A stretch of 64,000 nucleotides of DNA from Octopus sinensis (lineage: Eukaryota): positions 41,788,001 to 41,852,000 of the forward strand of contig NC_042997.1 in NCBI RefSeq assembly GCF_006345805.1, written 5' to 3'. The notes beneath the pieces were generated by a model that was given only the letters and a program-made list of their open reading frames with translations, ran no database searches and was not told the origin of the DNA. This document shows positions 49,699 to 62,962 of the stretch, in pieces (positions within the stretch are counted from its first letter, which is position 1; every line of letters starts with the position of its first letter). Both the position numbers and the translations under genes were made by a program.

Positions 49699-52165
49699 CC
49701 CCATGACAATGGTTTCTTTTTTTTCAAGCAACTAGGTTGCATTGATGGTAATCATCTTGGCTGAGATCAGCAATTAGCGCATGACAATGGTTCAGCATAT
49801 ATTTACATCAACTGCTTTAGTGCAAGTACTGTTTATTTACCTAAACTATATCCCTGTGCAGGACAGCTCATACAACTTTATTCCTGAATAAGATCACTCG
49901 ACAGCACAAGTCAGATCAACTTCATGGATTTACAATCACGTGAATTCAAAAACTGACTTTAGAGTGGTAGAGTTCAAAACAGAGTACCACACACAGTGGC
50001 ATATCACATTAGGAACAATGGTATCTAGTTTCCTTACGTTTCCCTTTTGCTTTGCATACTGTGCATCTCTTTGAAGCATTTGTCTTCTTGGTGGTGGGGG
50101 GAAACAGTCGAGGTAAATGTCCACGCCCTTTCACCATGCAGTGAAGAGAGAGTCTGGATTGGGGACATCCACACATTCTCTACTTTGGCAGGTCTGATGC
50201 TTCTATCATCTCATGGAACAATAATAGATTCAGAGCGATTGACCCTGCCCGTCCCTTCATTGTATGAAACAACCACACATGGTTTCATTATGGCATTACC
50301 GTCTGCATTTTGTTTCCTAGTGTCCTTCATGTTTGCAGAAAGCAGACATCTTTCTTGTCATGCCACACTAGAATGAGAATGCCACTATCAGTGCATGGTA
50401 CGCTGTTTCCCGCTTTTGAAGTTTTATTTTGTGAAGATCAGGTGAATACTTTCACTGTGTGTCCTCACAGCCCTACAGGCATTAGTCCTCGCCTGCAGCT
50501 GCAGGAAGAGGTCTGGACTGGAAAACCAGTTGTCCATATAAATATTGTAGCCTTTGTCAAAGGAGTTTTCATTCAGTGACAGCACAACATCAGTTGATGC
50601 TAGAATAGATGCTGGAAGATACAATCTGTCCTGACCAGTGTAGATTTTGTAATTCCATATGTACCCACAGGCTCTGCCAATTGACTAGCATACTCTATAG
50701 ACCTTAACCCCAAAGCAGGCATATTTCGTTGGGTTGTATGGTTTGAACTGGAGCCTTCCCTTGAATTTCAACAAACTTTCATCCATAGAAATGTCCTGTG
50801 TGGGGACATGCACTGTTCTGAAATTTTCAACCACTTCGCCAATGATAGGACATATTTTGTGCAACCTGTCATCCTGGTTCTCACCTGAGTTGAAATGTAG
50901 ATTTCAAAGAAGTGACAAAAATTGGATCACATGGCATCAATTCTAGAAGCGAAAGGTTCGTACATGCTGGATCCTGATTCCAATATGACGCCAGGGTTGG
51001 TTTTTTTATGATGCATCACCAGTATGGGGCAGGGCAAGCAGAACTTTGATTTTGTCCCCTGTGGTTGCAGGAAGAGGTCTGGACTGGAAAACCAGTTGTC
51101 CATATAATATGGTACCTTTGTCAAAGAGTTTTCATTCAGTGACAGCACAACATCAGTTGATGCTAGAATAGATGCTGAAGATACAATCTGTCCTGACCAG
51201 TGTAGATTTTGTAATTCCATATGTACCCACAGGCTCTGCCAATTGACTAGCATACTCTATAGACCTTAACCCCAAAGCAGGCATATTTCGTTGGTTGTAT
51301 GGTTTGAACTGGAGCCTTCCCTTGAATTTCAACAAACTTTCATCCATAGAAATGTCCTGTGTGGGGACATGCACTGTTCTGAAATTTTCAACCACTTCGC
51401 CAATGATAGGACATATTTTGTGCAACCTGTCATCCTGGTTCTCACCTGAGTTGAAATGTAGATTTCAAAGAAGTGACAAAAATTGATCACATGGCATCAA
51501 TTCTAGAAAGAAAGGTGTCGACATGGCTGGATCCTGATTCCAATATGACGCCAGGGTTGGTTTTTTATGATGCTCACCAGTATGCAGGGCAAGCAGAACT
51601 TTGATTTTGTCCCCTGTGGTTGGAAACCAATCACCGCCATGTCCAGGTCTGACATGCTGGGGATGATTTTCAGCATGGTCATTCATTTCATCCACTATAT
51701 ATTGGAACATTTTATCTACCGAGAACTGATGGAAGATTTCCAGGGCCATTCACTGCTACCCGCCTGTACCTTTGATTCATTGGAATATCATCATCGCTAT
51801 TGGTATGATCTGATTCTGAACTAGGAAAATACTCACTCTCCGAGTCATCATCTGAACTGGAAGAAACAACTGGTGAGGTGGTGGAGCTTAGTGTAGCTTG
51901 GCACAACAACTATAAATTTGTTGAAACAGGACATGGCGACGAAGTTGATGGAACTGGAATGGTAGGATGCAACGACCATAAATTCACTGAAACAGGACAC
52001 GATGACAAATTTGACAGAACTGGAGTGGCAGGACCATCCTATCAGGTTGTAAATATTTACATGAAACATCTAATCGGCCTATAAGTTAGATGGTGTATAA
52101 TTACGCTGACTGATTTAAAACATGTACATTACAAGCATTAATTTACGTCAACCATTTTAAAAGGG
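49699..52165 (-). mobile_element. Decayed piggyBac (PGBD4-like) transposon with internal tandem duplication
   Basis: Fragments ISMDESLLKFKGRLQFKPY and YMDNWFSSPDLF (catalytic D motifs); TTAA-flanked ends at 52166-52169 and 49695-49698 with imperfect TIRs CCC...AATGGTT. Confidence 0.8.
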
Positions 52166-53432
52166 TTAATATTGTGAAATTATCAATTCCAAATGTTACA
52201 CTAAAATCCTATTCAGGTTTATCCATCAGTGATCAATGAAGGTTGTGACTTCAATGATGGGCTCTTCAAGAAGGGATTCAGTTACACAGGGACTGGAGAA
52301 TCATAACTGATCCTACACACACTACATCTTTTGCATACTCTTACAAGCAACATAACTATGGAAGAAGCCTTGTTTCATTGTCACAGATGTTGGGATATCA
52401 CACAAATTGTGTGACCCCAAGTGGTACCATGAAATATACACCATCTGTTAATGGGTTTTCAAGAAGCATGCACCATTAGTGATGAAAGTCATGAGTTGTG
52501 TACGACCGAGTTTAAAATGGATTTGCAGAGCATCAACTGTCCCCTCTTGAACTAAATCAGCAGAATCTAGCTGCAAGACAGGCTTAGGATGTTAGAGGAT
52601 GTCACTAGATGTAAGAATTACTAGAAACTTAACAAGAAGAATCTAATAAACAAGTAACTCAGTGAATTGGGTTAAAATTGTAGCAATTATAGATCTTCAA
52701 ATCCTTCCGTAATCTGTTCTGGATATGGGGAAAATGCTTTAAAAATGATAAATTAGGCTATTTCAGCAAATCCTACACATTAAAACTACTGTATTTCACC
52801 AAATCTTTCTATAACTATAATCTTTAGTGTATGAGCCTGATGAAGGGGAAGTAGCTTTAAATGTTAATTGTGCAACAAGTGATACTTTACATCAAATTAA
52901 CAGTAAACTGATTAGACATCTAGTTCAAATGCCATTGTAGCATGTCCCATTGTTCTAGCATTGCTACTTATAAAGTTATCATTAGTCATCAAATTAACTG
53001 ATATTTAACTTTTTATGAGGGTTCAGATTTGGAGTTAGTTGGCACTACAACAGCTTTGCTTGATTTTGGAGATAAAAACAAATGAACAAAAACACAGCAC
53101 TTCAAGGTTATTTTAGTTAACAGCCCTTATAATTTTGAATTAATTGGCGCAGACATTTTGGAGAGTCATTTCGCTATGTCTCTAACAATTTACCAGCAGT
53201 AAAAGTTGTAATTCTAAAACTTTAGATTGAGCACAATTAAAAATAAGATTTGTTCAGTAAGCCTAGTTCCAGAATGACTAAAGAAAAAAAGGAGGTTGAG
53301 TATGAACTCCCTATACTCAAAGTAACAGAAATTATAACCCCACGTCTGTAAAAGGTGTGAACAGTGCATCAGTGATTTTTTAAGTGTGAAAGATTGAATT
53401 AGCGAAGTATGCTGATTACAAAGTATATTTAA

Positions 53433-53649
53433 TCCTTTTGTTACTGTATTTATTTTGAGATACTCTGTTTCTTTCAATTACTTTAAATATAACAAAGAAC
53501 TTAGTAAAATAACTTAGTTATCATTCAGCTAGTGTTAGGAACATAACTTGTGAATAAGTTTGGTGGAAGATTTTAATTCAAAACTTATGAAAACAAGACA
53601 TTTGTACTCAGAACCAGAGCCGGTTTCAGCTGGGTTGGTAACAAAAGGG
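53433..53649. mobile_element. piggyBac-type MITE (family 3)
   Basis: TTAA|TCCTTTTGTTAC...GTAACAAAAGGG|TTAA; related copy at 31797-31989. Confidence 0.65.
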
Positions 53650-54574
53650 TTAAATGAGAAAATATACGACTTTCCTTAGTCAACTCATCATCTGATATGC
53701 AAGAAGCCAATTTTTTCTATATATTACTTAACCCCACCACTTTCTCTTTTTTTTCTTTTTTTTTACCATATTTCTGTTGAAATACACTGCCTTTGTTTTT
53801 GTTAATTTTGGTAAAATGATGAAGAACCTAGTAAAATAATTTTGTCATTATTAAGATGGTGTTTGAATCATAACGTTAGCATGAAGTTTTGATTTAGATC
53901 AATTTAACACGACACACAAACATATACACACACACACACACATATATATACATATATATGACGGGCTTCTTTCAGTTTCTGTCTACCAAATCCACTCACA
54001 AGGCTTTGGTCAGTCCGAGGCTATAGTAGAAGACACTTGCCTAAGGTGCCACGCAGTGGGACTGAACCTGGAATCATGTGGTTGGTAAGCAAGCTACTTA
54101 CCACACAGCCACTCATATGCCTATTAAATGATGATGATGATGAAGTCTTTCCCACTAAAAACTGTTCATCTGCCATTGCAATTCTTTTTTTTTTAAAAAG
54201 GATTTTGATGTTTTCAGATGAGTTTCTCAACAGAATACAAGGTAAGCCCTCAAAATATCAATGATTTTAAAATCATTCATGCTTTAGGTGAAACCATCAG
54301 TTATGTTGATGCTCTTAGTATATCAAAGTATAATCAAGATCAGTTTGACAGAATGCTTTTTTTTTTACAAATATGTTACATTCTGACATAAGTAATGATG
54401 AATTAATTTTTGCTGTCAAAGTTCAACATTTCATTGACCCTGAAAGGATGAAAGTTGAGTGTGGCAGAATTTAAACTCATCATAAACATAGATGAAATGC
54501 CACCAAGCATTTTGTCCAGTATGTTAATGATTCTGCCAGCTCACTGCCTAAAGAATAACTGAAAACAAACAAAA

Positions 54575-54770
54575 AAAAAAGATAAATATCAGGAACTAGC
54601 CAGAAAGATGAAGAGATTGTGGAAGACTAAGATGACAATTATTCCTGTGCACTCAGCACAAAACTACTACCTAAGAAGCTGAAGAATGTTGAAATTGAAA
54701 CATGCATTGTTGACCAGCAGAAAAGTACAATCCTATATTCTACAAGAATCAATTGCATTATGCAACTTGT
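54575..54770 (+). mobile_element. Degraded R4/Dong-like RLE non-LTR C-terminal fragment
   Basis: Reads KYQELARKMKRLWKTKMTIIPV...STILYSTRI, resembling the RLE C-terminus KYxDLxxEIxRLW. Confidence 0.45.
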
Positions 54771-54789
54771 TATTCTCTTCAAGTGAACA

Positions 54790-55745
54790 TTTTTCCAGTT
54801 GAAATACACCGAAAAATGGTGACACAGCAGTCAAAAATCGTAAAAAATAGGGATTTTCATAGAAAAAAAGCCCCTTTTTGATGTAAATAATTTGTGGCGT
54901 TAACATTGTCCGATTTGAATTTTATCTTCTACAGAATGAAGAGCAAGCCTTCTTCTATCATACTCTCAATTTTGGTCAACTTGCACTGTAGGGTCTCAAA
55001 GGAGATAGTGTTAGTTGAAGGCTACCAAACCTTCCACACACAGACAACTTCAGCTTTATATATATCGATTTGCTACACACTACTTTCCATCCTTAATAAT
55101 GAAACTTGGTAGATCCAAAAGTTAAACACACAGACACACAAGTTGAGTTTTATATATATATATACATTTCTCAACGGGGATTTCAGGGGAGAGTTTCAGG
55201 GAGTCGCTGGTGATGTATCGTGATGATCAAAAATCCGGCCTGCTAAAATTGGGTTAAAGTGATTCAAACTGCAGACTCAACACAAAATGGTCACATTTAA
55301 TTCAAAGCGTTAAAAATGTTATGAAAACAATTGGTATGTGTTCACAAAGTCCAAACGATTAATACGAAAAAACCCTCCAGGCTACATCTCGAAAATTCAT
55401 TTCTTTGCTGAATTTCTACAATGTTTATGGCAATTCGTTTTTATATCTTGATTTATTATTTTTCATACAATTCACGCATGCTTGCACGCGTGGTGAACAC
55501 AGTTCACGTCAAACAGCTGACTGACTAAAGTTCACTATTCAATGCATGGGATAAGGCCTAAACAAACACATTATCGATTTTTGCACTTGCGAGATGAATT
55601 TCGGAACAGAAATAGCACAGTTCAATTTTCATTCGCCTAAACTTTAAGTGACCCATTTTTGGTGGTTCTACGATTTGTTGGCTAGGAGGAGATGTGCCGG
55701 GAAGTTAAACACACAGACACACAAGTTGAGTTTAATATATATAGA
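54790..55745 (-). mobile_element. Cluster of Helitron-like remnants
   Basis: 30-bp direct repeat GTTAAACACACAGACACACAAGTTGAGTTT at 55121-55150 and 55704-55733, each followed by (TA)n, resembling reversed Helitron 5' ends. Confidence 0.4.
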
Positions 55746-55770
55746 TATATTTGTCATATAATATACAATA

Positions 55771-56087
55771 TGCATGGCTCAGTGGTTAGAGCATCAAGCT
55801 CACAATCATGAGGTAGTGAGTTTGATTCCCAGACAAGGCTGTGAGTTATGTTCTTGAGAAAGACACTATTTTGCAGTGATCCAATTCACTCAGTTGTAGA
55901 AATAAGTTGCACTGGTGCCAAGCTGTATTGGCCTTCGCCTTTGCCTTGGATAAAACTGGTGGCATAGGGAGTGGAGGTTGGTATGCATGGGTGACTGCTG
56001 GTCTTCCATAAACAACTCTGCCCAGACTCGTGCCCCAGAAAAAAAATTTCTAGGTGCAATCCCGATGTCATTCATGACCAAACGGGG
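55771..56087 (+). mobile_element. tRNA-derived SINE (family C)
   Basis: TGGCTCAGTGG A box, GTTTGATTCC B box; second copy at about 47230-47510. Confidence 0.65.
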
Positions 56088-56089
56088 TC

Positions 56090-56458
56090 GGCTGTGTGGT
56101 AAGTAGCTTGCTTACCAACCACGTGGTTCCGGGTTCAGTCCCACTGCGTGGCACCTTGGGCAAGTGTCTACTATAGCCTTGGGCCGACCAAAGACTTGTG
56201 AGTGGATCTGGTAGACGGAAACTGAAAGAAGCCCGTCATATATATGTATATGCATATGTATTTGTGTCTGTGTTTGTCTCCCCAACATCGCTTGACAACC
56301 GATGCTGGTGTGTTTACGTCCCTGTCACTTAGCGGTTCAGCAAAAGAGACCGATAGAATAAGTACTGGGCTTACAAAGGAATAAGTCCTGGGGTCGATTT
56401 GCTCGACTAAAAGCGGTGCTCCAGCATGGCTGCAGTCAAATGACTGAAACAAGTAAAA
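56090..56458 (+). mobile_element. SINE family A copy
   Basis: Near-complete copy; partial copies at about 20106-20205, 49241-49495, 53960-54114 (-), 59855-60030, 60661-60815, 61956-62115. Confidence 0.85.
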
Positions 56459-57319
56459 TAAAATTTTTTAAAAATATGTTTCCTCAAATCGCAAGAATCT
56501 TAATATAGTATGTAATAGTTATATAATATTACACAGCATGTAATAATTACATAATTATAAAAATAATAATCCTTGAGCTGTGGTCTTTGTAATGTTATAA
56601 ATGTGGGGTAATCATCAATTAACGATGCGGAATTTGGTGCAATTCTGAAGGCTTCAGTTAGGTATTATTCTTTCATGTACAAAGAGAATATAAGGTAAGA
56701 ATATAATCATTGTTGTAATTGCATCTTTGTGATTTTAAGAAGAGTGGGACATTGTGTTTCTGTTGGTAGATGGCTTTACTAGCCCCGTTTATGGGATCAG
56801 TGCATGTCTGATATGAGATGTCTAGGTGGTCTGCAGACAACACTCGTGCTCAGAAGTTTAGGGAAGAGTGACAGGTGGTGTCATCTGTACGGGAGTTAGT
56901 GTAGTCAGAGGATACAGGAAAGAGGTAAAAAGAATATAGAAGAAGAGGAATGTGTAAGAGATAATTGAATGTTGGGATACATCAAGAGATGAAAGTGTGT
57001 TGCTCAGAGACAGATCTATCAGTACATACAACAATAGAGTAGCCTGACAAGAGATTTCTAATCCAAAAGATTAGGGGCAAAGGGAACTTATAGGTGCATA
57101 CCTTAGCTACAAGGTCATCTTGAAATATTTGCTAAATAGTTGGGAATGACATTATTGATTTATACATACTTACACACATACATATGTATGCATAGATAGA
57201 TCTGCATACAAACATACACTTGTATATTTGTATATACCACCTACCACCCCTCGGTAATGGAAACAGATATCAACATCAAGAGACAGATACAATCACTGAG
57301 ATCAGCTTACTAGATAGGG

Positions 57320-57480
57320 AGATATATAAAGGAAAAAGCAGATAAGACAGATGAATAGATATTAGTAGAAATAGATGGATGGATAGAAAGATGGATTGAT
57401 AGGTAGCTGGATGGATAGATAGATGATGAATAAATAGATGGCTAAACAAACAACTATTAACAAACATACAAATTGATAGA
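57320..57480. repeat. Degenerate (TAGA)/(TGGA) low-complexity tract
   Basis: Repeated GATAGATGGATGG units. Confidence 0.7.
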
Positions 57481-58229
57481 CTATCTTATAGTAAAAAAGA
57501 CTTGAATTATATAATTTATTACAATGGAAGGAGTGGAAAAGAGAAAAAATACAGACAAAACAGGCCGTAAAGAAAATAATAATACTTATAGGTTTATATT
57601 CTCATATTACATCTTATGAATAAAACTTACCTTATTTTAGAGAGAATAAACCAAAACTCACAGCTACCAATCCCTTCAGTAAAAACAATGAGTGCTTGTT
57701 GTTGCTGTTGCTAATTGTTTTGCAAATCTACTCCCACAAGTTCCGAATCCAATGTTTATAAGAGAACAGGACAGTCCTTTACACAAGGAGTCCACAATGA
57801 CACTGTTCCATTGACGAAAGAAGTATGCCCACTGAACATCGCATTGTTTAAGTGAGGTTGGGTCAAATTAGTAATGTATATTTATAGCTAATGTGATATT
57901 TTGGCATGTATGACACTAGTTTTAGGTCAAGTGTTTGTTAAATGGATGCATGCCTTTACTTTTAAATGCAGCTCTGTTCCTCCGGATACAGGAATCATTT
58001 AGTAACATAAATTCAAGTTAATGAGATAATAAGAGGCAAATTGCTTTCATAATCATCATAATAGTGATGATGACAATTATAGTAGTAATAGTAGTAGAAG
58101 AAAATGGGTAGCTATTAGCCAAGTTTAATGATACTTTTGGTAAAATTCAACATCAATTTACATCGATGTTTACATTAAGTGAAAGAGATAATTTCAGAAA
58201 AATAAATTTGAGCAGAGAAAACGGTTTCA

Positions 58230-58263
<34 letters not shown>

Positions 58264-61179
58264 GCGCGTGTGTGTGAATACACTAGTTTGAGCATTAAAA
58301 ACCTAACATTAGAAGACAAGACAATTGATAGAAAGAAAGATTGGTATCCCTAAGAAATCACTAAGTTATTACACTAAATCAATAGCCAATAAAGAAAGCT
58401 CTATGTGATCATTCAGATTGCTAGAAATAGAAGCCAAATGTCTCTTAAATTATATGCTACCAGTGAATATTTTCATAGCAAAACAGCTAAAAAAGGAAGG
58501 CAACGTTGGATAATATAGCCTGAGATAATATAGCCTATGACTGAAAAGACAAGATAGTCATGGTTGGAATTTCATGGATTATCTCTGTTTGACTAAGGTT
58601 GAGTCTGGAGCTTAGCAGTAACTTTGTATCAAAACAAGGGAATATACAGAAAACAAAACATTTAGAGAGATATGAGTTTGCTGATTGAATTTTTTGAAGA
58701 GTAATCAGTGGTCGGATTTTTCAGTTTCTTTCTCCAAACATGAGAGGAGTGGAAAATGAAAATGACTAAACATAACATCATGAACAGCTTCCTTTTCATA
58801 CCAGTTACTGTTGAGACCTTCATTGTCCTCAATTCCTGGATTGTGTAACTCCCCTCTGCCAAACTGGAACAATAGCATTGTGCTCAAGGAAAGAATATAT
58901 TAGATTATCTTCACATCTGCATTTAGCTGTTTTAGCTTGGCTCATATATAGGTGTACATCTATATTCCAATATGAAAACTTTCCCAGGGATGTCATCAGC
59001 CTGAAGAATATATTGTTAAGTAGCAGTTTATTATGGTCTTTATCATCATCATCATCGTTTAACGTCCGTTCTCCATGCTAGCATGGGTTGGACGATTCGA
59101 CCGGGGATCTGGGAAGCCAGAAGGCTGCTCCAGGCTCCGGTCTTATCTGGCAATGTTTCTACAGCTGGATGCCCTTCCTAACGCCAACCACTCTGTGAGT
59201 GTAGTGGGTGCTTTTTACATGCCACCTGCACTGGAGCCAGGCGAGGCTGGCATCGGCCACGGTCGGATTGGTGCATTTTACGTGCCATTCCTGAGAAAAT
59301 TTCCCCTATATAATTATTTTAAATTACTAAATCTATGAATGAAAGTTTTTCACTCAAAATGTTTACCCTCTCAGTTATTCTAAAGCTTGGTTAACACAAG
59401 TTAAATTAAGCATCACTGAAGAGGTATACTAAAACTGAAACATGTCTAGAGTTGCCACTGTACTTACCAATGATCAAACCCATTCCCCACTGTATGCTTT
59501 CCCTCCATTCAATTCTTAATGTATTCAGATTTTGTGGTTATCACTGACTTTTTTGACAAGGATCATCATCATGAGCCTAACATAAATTGACTGAAATTTT
59601 TTATTGAATCATTACAAAATGTATTGATCCAACAAAAAATTTCAATCAGTTACTGCCCATTTCGCTATATAAATGTTGGTCTACAGTAGTAGTTGTTCTT
59701 TTGGAAATAATTAGGTAATTTATAAACTCAGCAGCTCATATTTCCAGTACACACCCTAAGCTGCAGATTAACTGCTGTATTAAATTTGAGTTAACTACCT
59801 TCAAACACTTTGTATATGTCTACATGCATGCTCTTGTAGATATTCACAGACAGTGTAATAGGCACAACTGTGACTATTTGGTTTAGAAGCTTGCTTTCCA
59901 ATCAGATAGTTTGGGGTTTAGTCTCAGTGCATGGCACCTTGGACAAGTGTCTTCTACTATACATAGCCTTGTGTTGACCAAAATGTAGTGAATGAATTTG
60001 GTAGATGGAAACTGAAAGAAGCCTTTTATGTGTGTGTATTTGTGTATGTGTACTCTTGTCTAAACATCACATGATGATTATAAATGAGCATCATCATCAT
60101 ACAAGTGATATTGTTTGTTTCCAGACTTTTGTGAAAACATGTTCAACTACAAGGAATTATTACCTTGCTTTGAAACAGGTGAGGGTTGTCTGAAGGAAGG
60201 GTAACTGGCTGTAGAAAATCTGCCTCAACAAATTCCATCTAACCCATGCAAATATGGAAAAGTGGACATTCAATGATGTTGATGATGATGATGTGCATAT
60301 TCATACAATAGATGAAACAGATGTTAGGCCTATTGCTTGCCTAGTTTTCATGATGTATAAGCAATAAGCAATCAATAGTACAATACTTTCCCTTTTAATG
60401 GGATTCCTGTCAGTCACTTGACAAACCCCCAGCTGTTGCTGTTACTAATGGCATAGCTAATAGGGAAGCAAGGGCAGTGACTGCTCCTGCCAAGCAGGTT
60501 TTTCAAAACTGATGCCTTTTCAACAATTTTCTAAACTCTTTAGTTACCTGTATCAGTAGTTTAAGCTTCATACATAATGACATTGTTACTGAAACATGAA
60601 ATTAATGAATATAGAATACAATTATGTATATTATAAGTAATGAAATATTTCGCTTAATATAGGCGAAGGAGTGGCTGTGTGGTAAGTAGTTTGCTTACCA
60701 GCCACATGGTTCCAGGTTCAGTCCCACTGCATGGCACCTTGGTCTTCTACTGTAGCCTCAGGCTGACCAAAGCCTTGTGAGTGGATTTGGTAGACGGAAA
60801 CTGAAAGAAGCCCATCATATATATATATATATATATATTGCCCTTACCTTCGAAACACAGAATAAGTCGAAGCAGGGGCAGCTGAAGAAGGGGAATGTTC
60901 CTTGTGTTGTATGTCTTGTACTCTGTTTTTTCGTTGTTTAAAAAAGTCCGTTTCCATGTTTTGTTTTTATGTTTTTGTTTCTCGTTGTGTTCTACATTTT
61001 TTTGTGGTGTCCTGTACCCATATATGCATGTATATGTACATATGGATGTAGGTATGTACATAATGTATGCATATGTTTTATTCATTAAATTGTTATTATA
61101 TGATCGAACGCCATGCGTCCTCTTCCAAGTAAGTTTTATTTATATATAATAATTTGAAACTGACTTGAAAATTGGAAGT

Positions 61180-61222
61180 CCACCTGAAGATTGTCGATCA
61201 GGACAAGAAACAATTGTAGTGG
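61180..61222 (+). ncRNA. Minimal type-I hammerhead ribozyme motif (core intact)
   Basis: CCAC-CTGAAGA-TTGTC-gatcag-GACAA-GAAA-CAATTG-TA-GTGG; palindromic helix III loop. Confidence 0.75.
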
Positions 61223-61393
61223 CGGTTTTTTGACTTTTTATTAAAATTTTATGTATTGATTAAGTCTTTCCTTGTTTGTTTTGCAAAATAGTGGTTTTGT
61301 CTCTAATAATATTATATAATATTTTACTATAAAATTGGATTTAATCCTAAATCTGATTTTTTCCCTGTAAATTTGGATTTATTCCCTAATATT

Positions 61394-61429
<36 letters not shown>

Positions 61430-61660
61430 TTCTGATACTTAAATATACGGTTTATTACTATATATTACATTTCTTTATACTTTTAATGTTTACCCAAAGT
61501 ATATTATATTATTTTTTTATATTCACTTCTCTAAATATACCCCCCTTCCTTTATAAGGTCTATACCAGATTTTTTCTCTAAAACAATACTCAGTTAGCCA
61601 AAATGCTCCTTACACTTAACACATAAAAATATACAAATGTAATGGTATATCTTTTTTCTA

Positions 61661-61736
61661 CCTCTGATGAGATTCAACTTTATAATTTAATTATTTTAAC
61701 TAATTTTTAAAGTCTGAATTGAAACAGCTGTTGGGG
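61661..61736 (+). ncRNA. Type-I hammerhead ribozyme motif (core intact, helix I only 3 bp, GUU triplet)
   Basis: CCT-CTGATGA-GATTCA...TGAATT-GAAA-CAGCTG-TT-GGG. Confidence 0.5.
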
Positions 61737-62113
61737 ATTATGTCTATTTTTGTAATTAATAAATATAATTATTGTTTTATCTCCTATTTTCTTATTTTTC
61801 TTAAGTAATTATAAACCTAGGTTTATTTAATTATCTATTTTTGAGTAACAAAACTAATATTCAAAATAAATTGCAGGTAAGAAACCAGTAAATTCATTGG
61901 ATATTATTATCCCTTAATGACGCTTATTTAACCTCTAATTGAACTTATATATATGCAGGTGTGGCTGTTCATTTGAGAAGTTAGCTTTCCAACAACATGG
62001 TTTCAGGTTCAGTCCCACTGTGTGGTACCTTAGGCAAGTATCCTCTACAATAGCCCCAAGTCGACCAAAGCCTATGAGTGAATTTGTTAGCCAGAAACGG
62101 AAAGGAGCCTGTC

Positions 62114-62158
<45 letters not shown>

Positions 62159-62869
62159 ATAGACAGACAGGTGTGTCCCTCTCCCGGTCTTGAAAACATA
62201 TGATTGTTGTCAATGAATGCCATTCCTTTCCAAAATTCTGTGAAAGCATATCTAGCCAGGTCTAGCAGAAACATTACCTTGCTTGGAAACAAGTACAGGT
62301 TGGCAGCAGGAAGGGCATCCAGCTGTAGAAAATCTGCCTCAATAAATTTTGTCCAATCCATGCAAATGCAAGCATGGAAAAGTGGATGTTAAAATGACGA
62401 TAAAATTGAAACAAAAATTTGACCAACATTCTTGGTGGTGATTTGGCAGAGTCATTACAACATTGGGCAAAATCTGGCATTTATTCTAGCACTTAGCATT
62501 CTGAGTTCAAATCTAACTGAGGTCAACTTTGATTTTTATTCTTCCAGGGTCAATAAATGAACGTCTTCTTTCAATATTTGTTTGAGCTCTTTGTATTCTG
62601 ATTTTAAATTCTGCTGAGGCCTACCTGGATAGTAGACTTAATGTCACCCACATTAATGCCATCACCTGGTCCTTGAGCACCCTTAATGGAGTCTACTCTG
62701 TTGCAAACATATGAACTAGGACCCCTGTTTGAGGATGACACCCTCCTTCCCTCCCACTCACCAGTCTTCAAGGCCTTGTAATAGGTCTTGGGTACTGCTT
62801 TTCCTGCTAAGAAATAAAAAAAGATACAGAAAATTCTGACAGATTTATCACAATGAAAGAAAGCCTTAC

Positions 62870-62962
62870 CTCAACACAAGCATACTCTTTGAAGACAGGT
62901 AAATACTCCTGCAGGCTAAGTATTTCCAACCAAGAGTGTATATCCAAGTGTTTACCAACCAT
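62870..62962 (-). CDS. BCAR3: BCAR3-like first coding exon, first half of SAM domain (MVGKHLDIHSWLEILSLQEYLPVFKEYACVE)
   Basis: Exon spans 62996-62870 (acceptor CAG at 62999-62997, donor GTAAGG at 62869). ATG at 62962 in gtaATGG context; the frame is open up to the acceptor, so the protein may start further upstream. WLxxLxLxxYxxxF is the SAM signature. Confidence 0.8.

Noticed and set aside
52825-52865. CTGATGAAGGGG hammerhead-like start; also a degenerate GAAGAGC..GCTCAAAAC motif near 36490-36520
   Set aside because: GAAA and helices are lost; too degenerate to call.
57631-57900. Possible alternative BCAR3-like exon ending at a strong GTAAGT (57630), phase 2
   Set aside because: No in-frame ATG after an upstream stop and no homology; it could be a non-coding exon but there is no support.
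58662-58887. Two overlapping minus-strand ORFs that look coding
   Set aside because: No recognisable domain and no splice sites compatible with the gene model.
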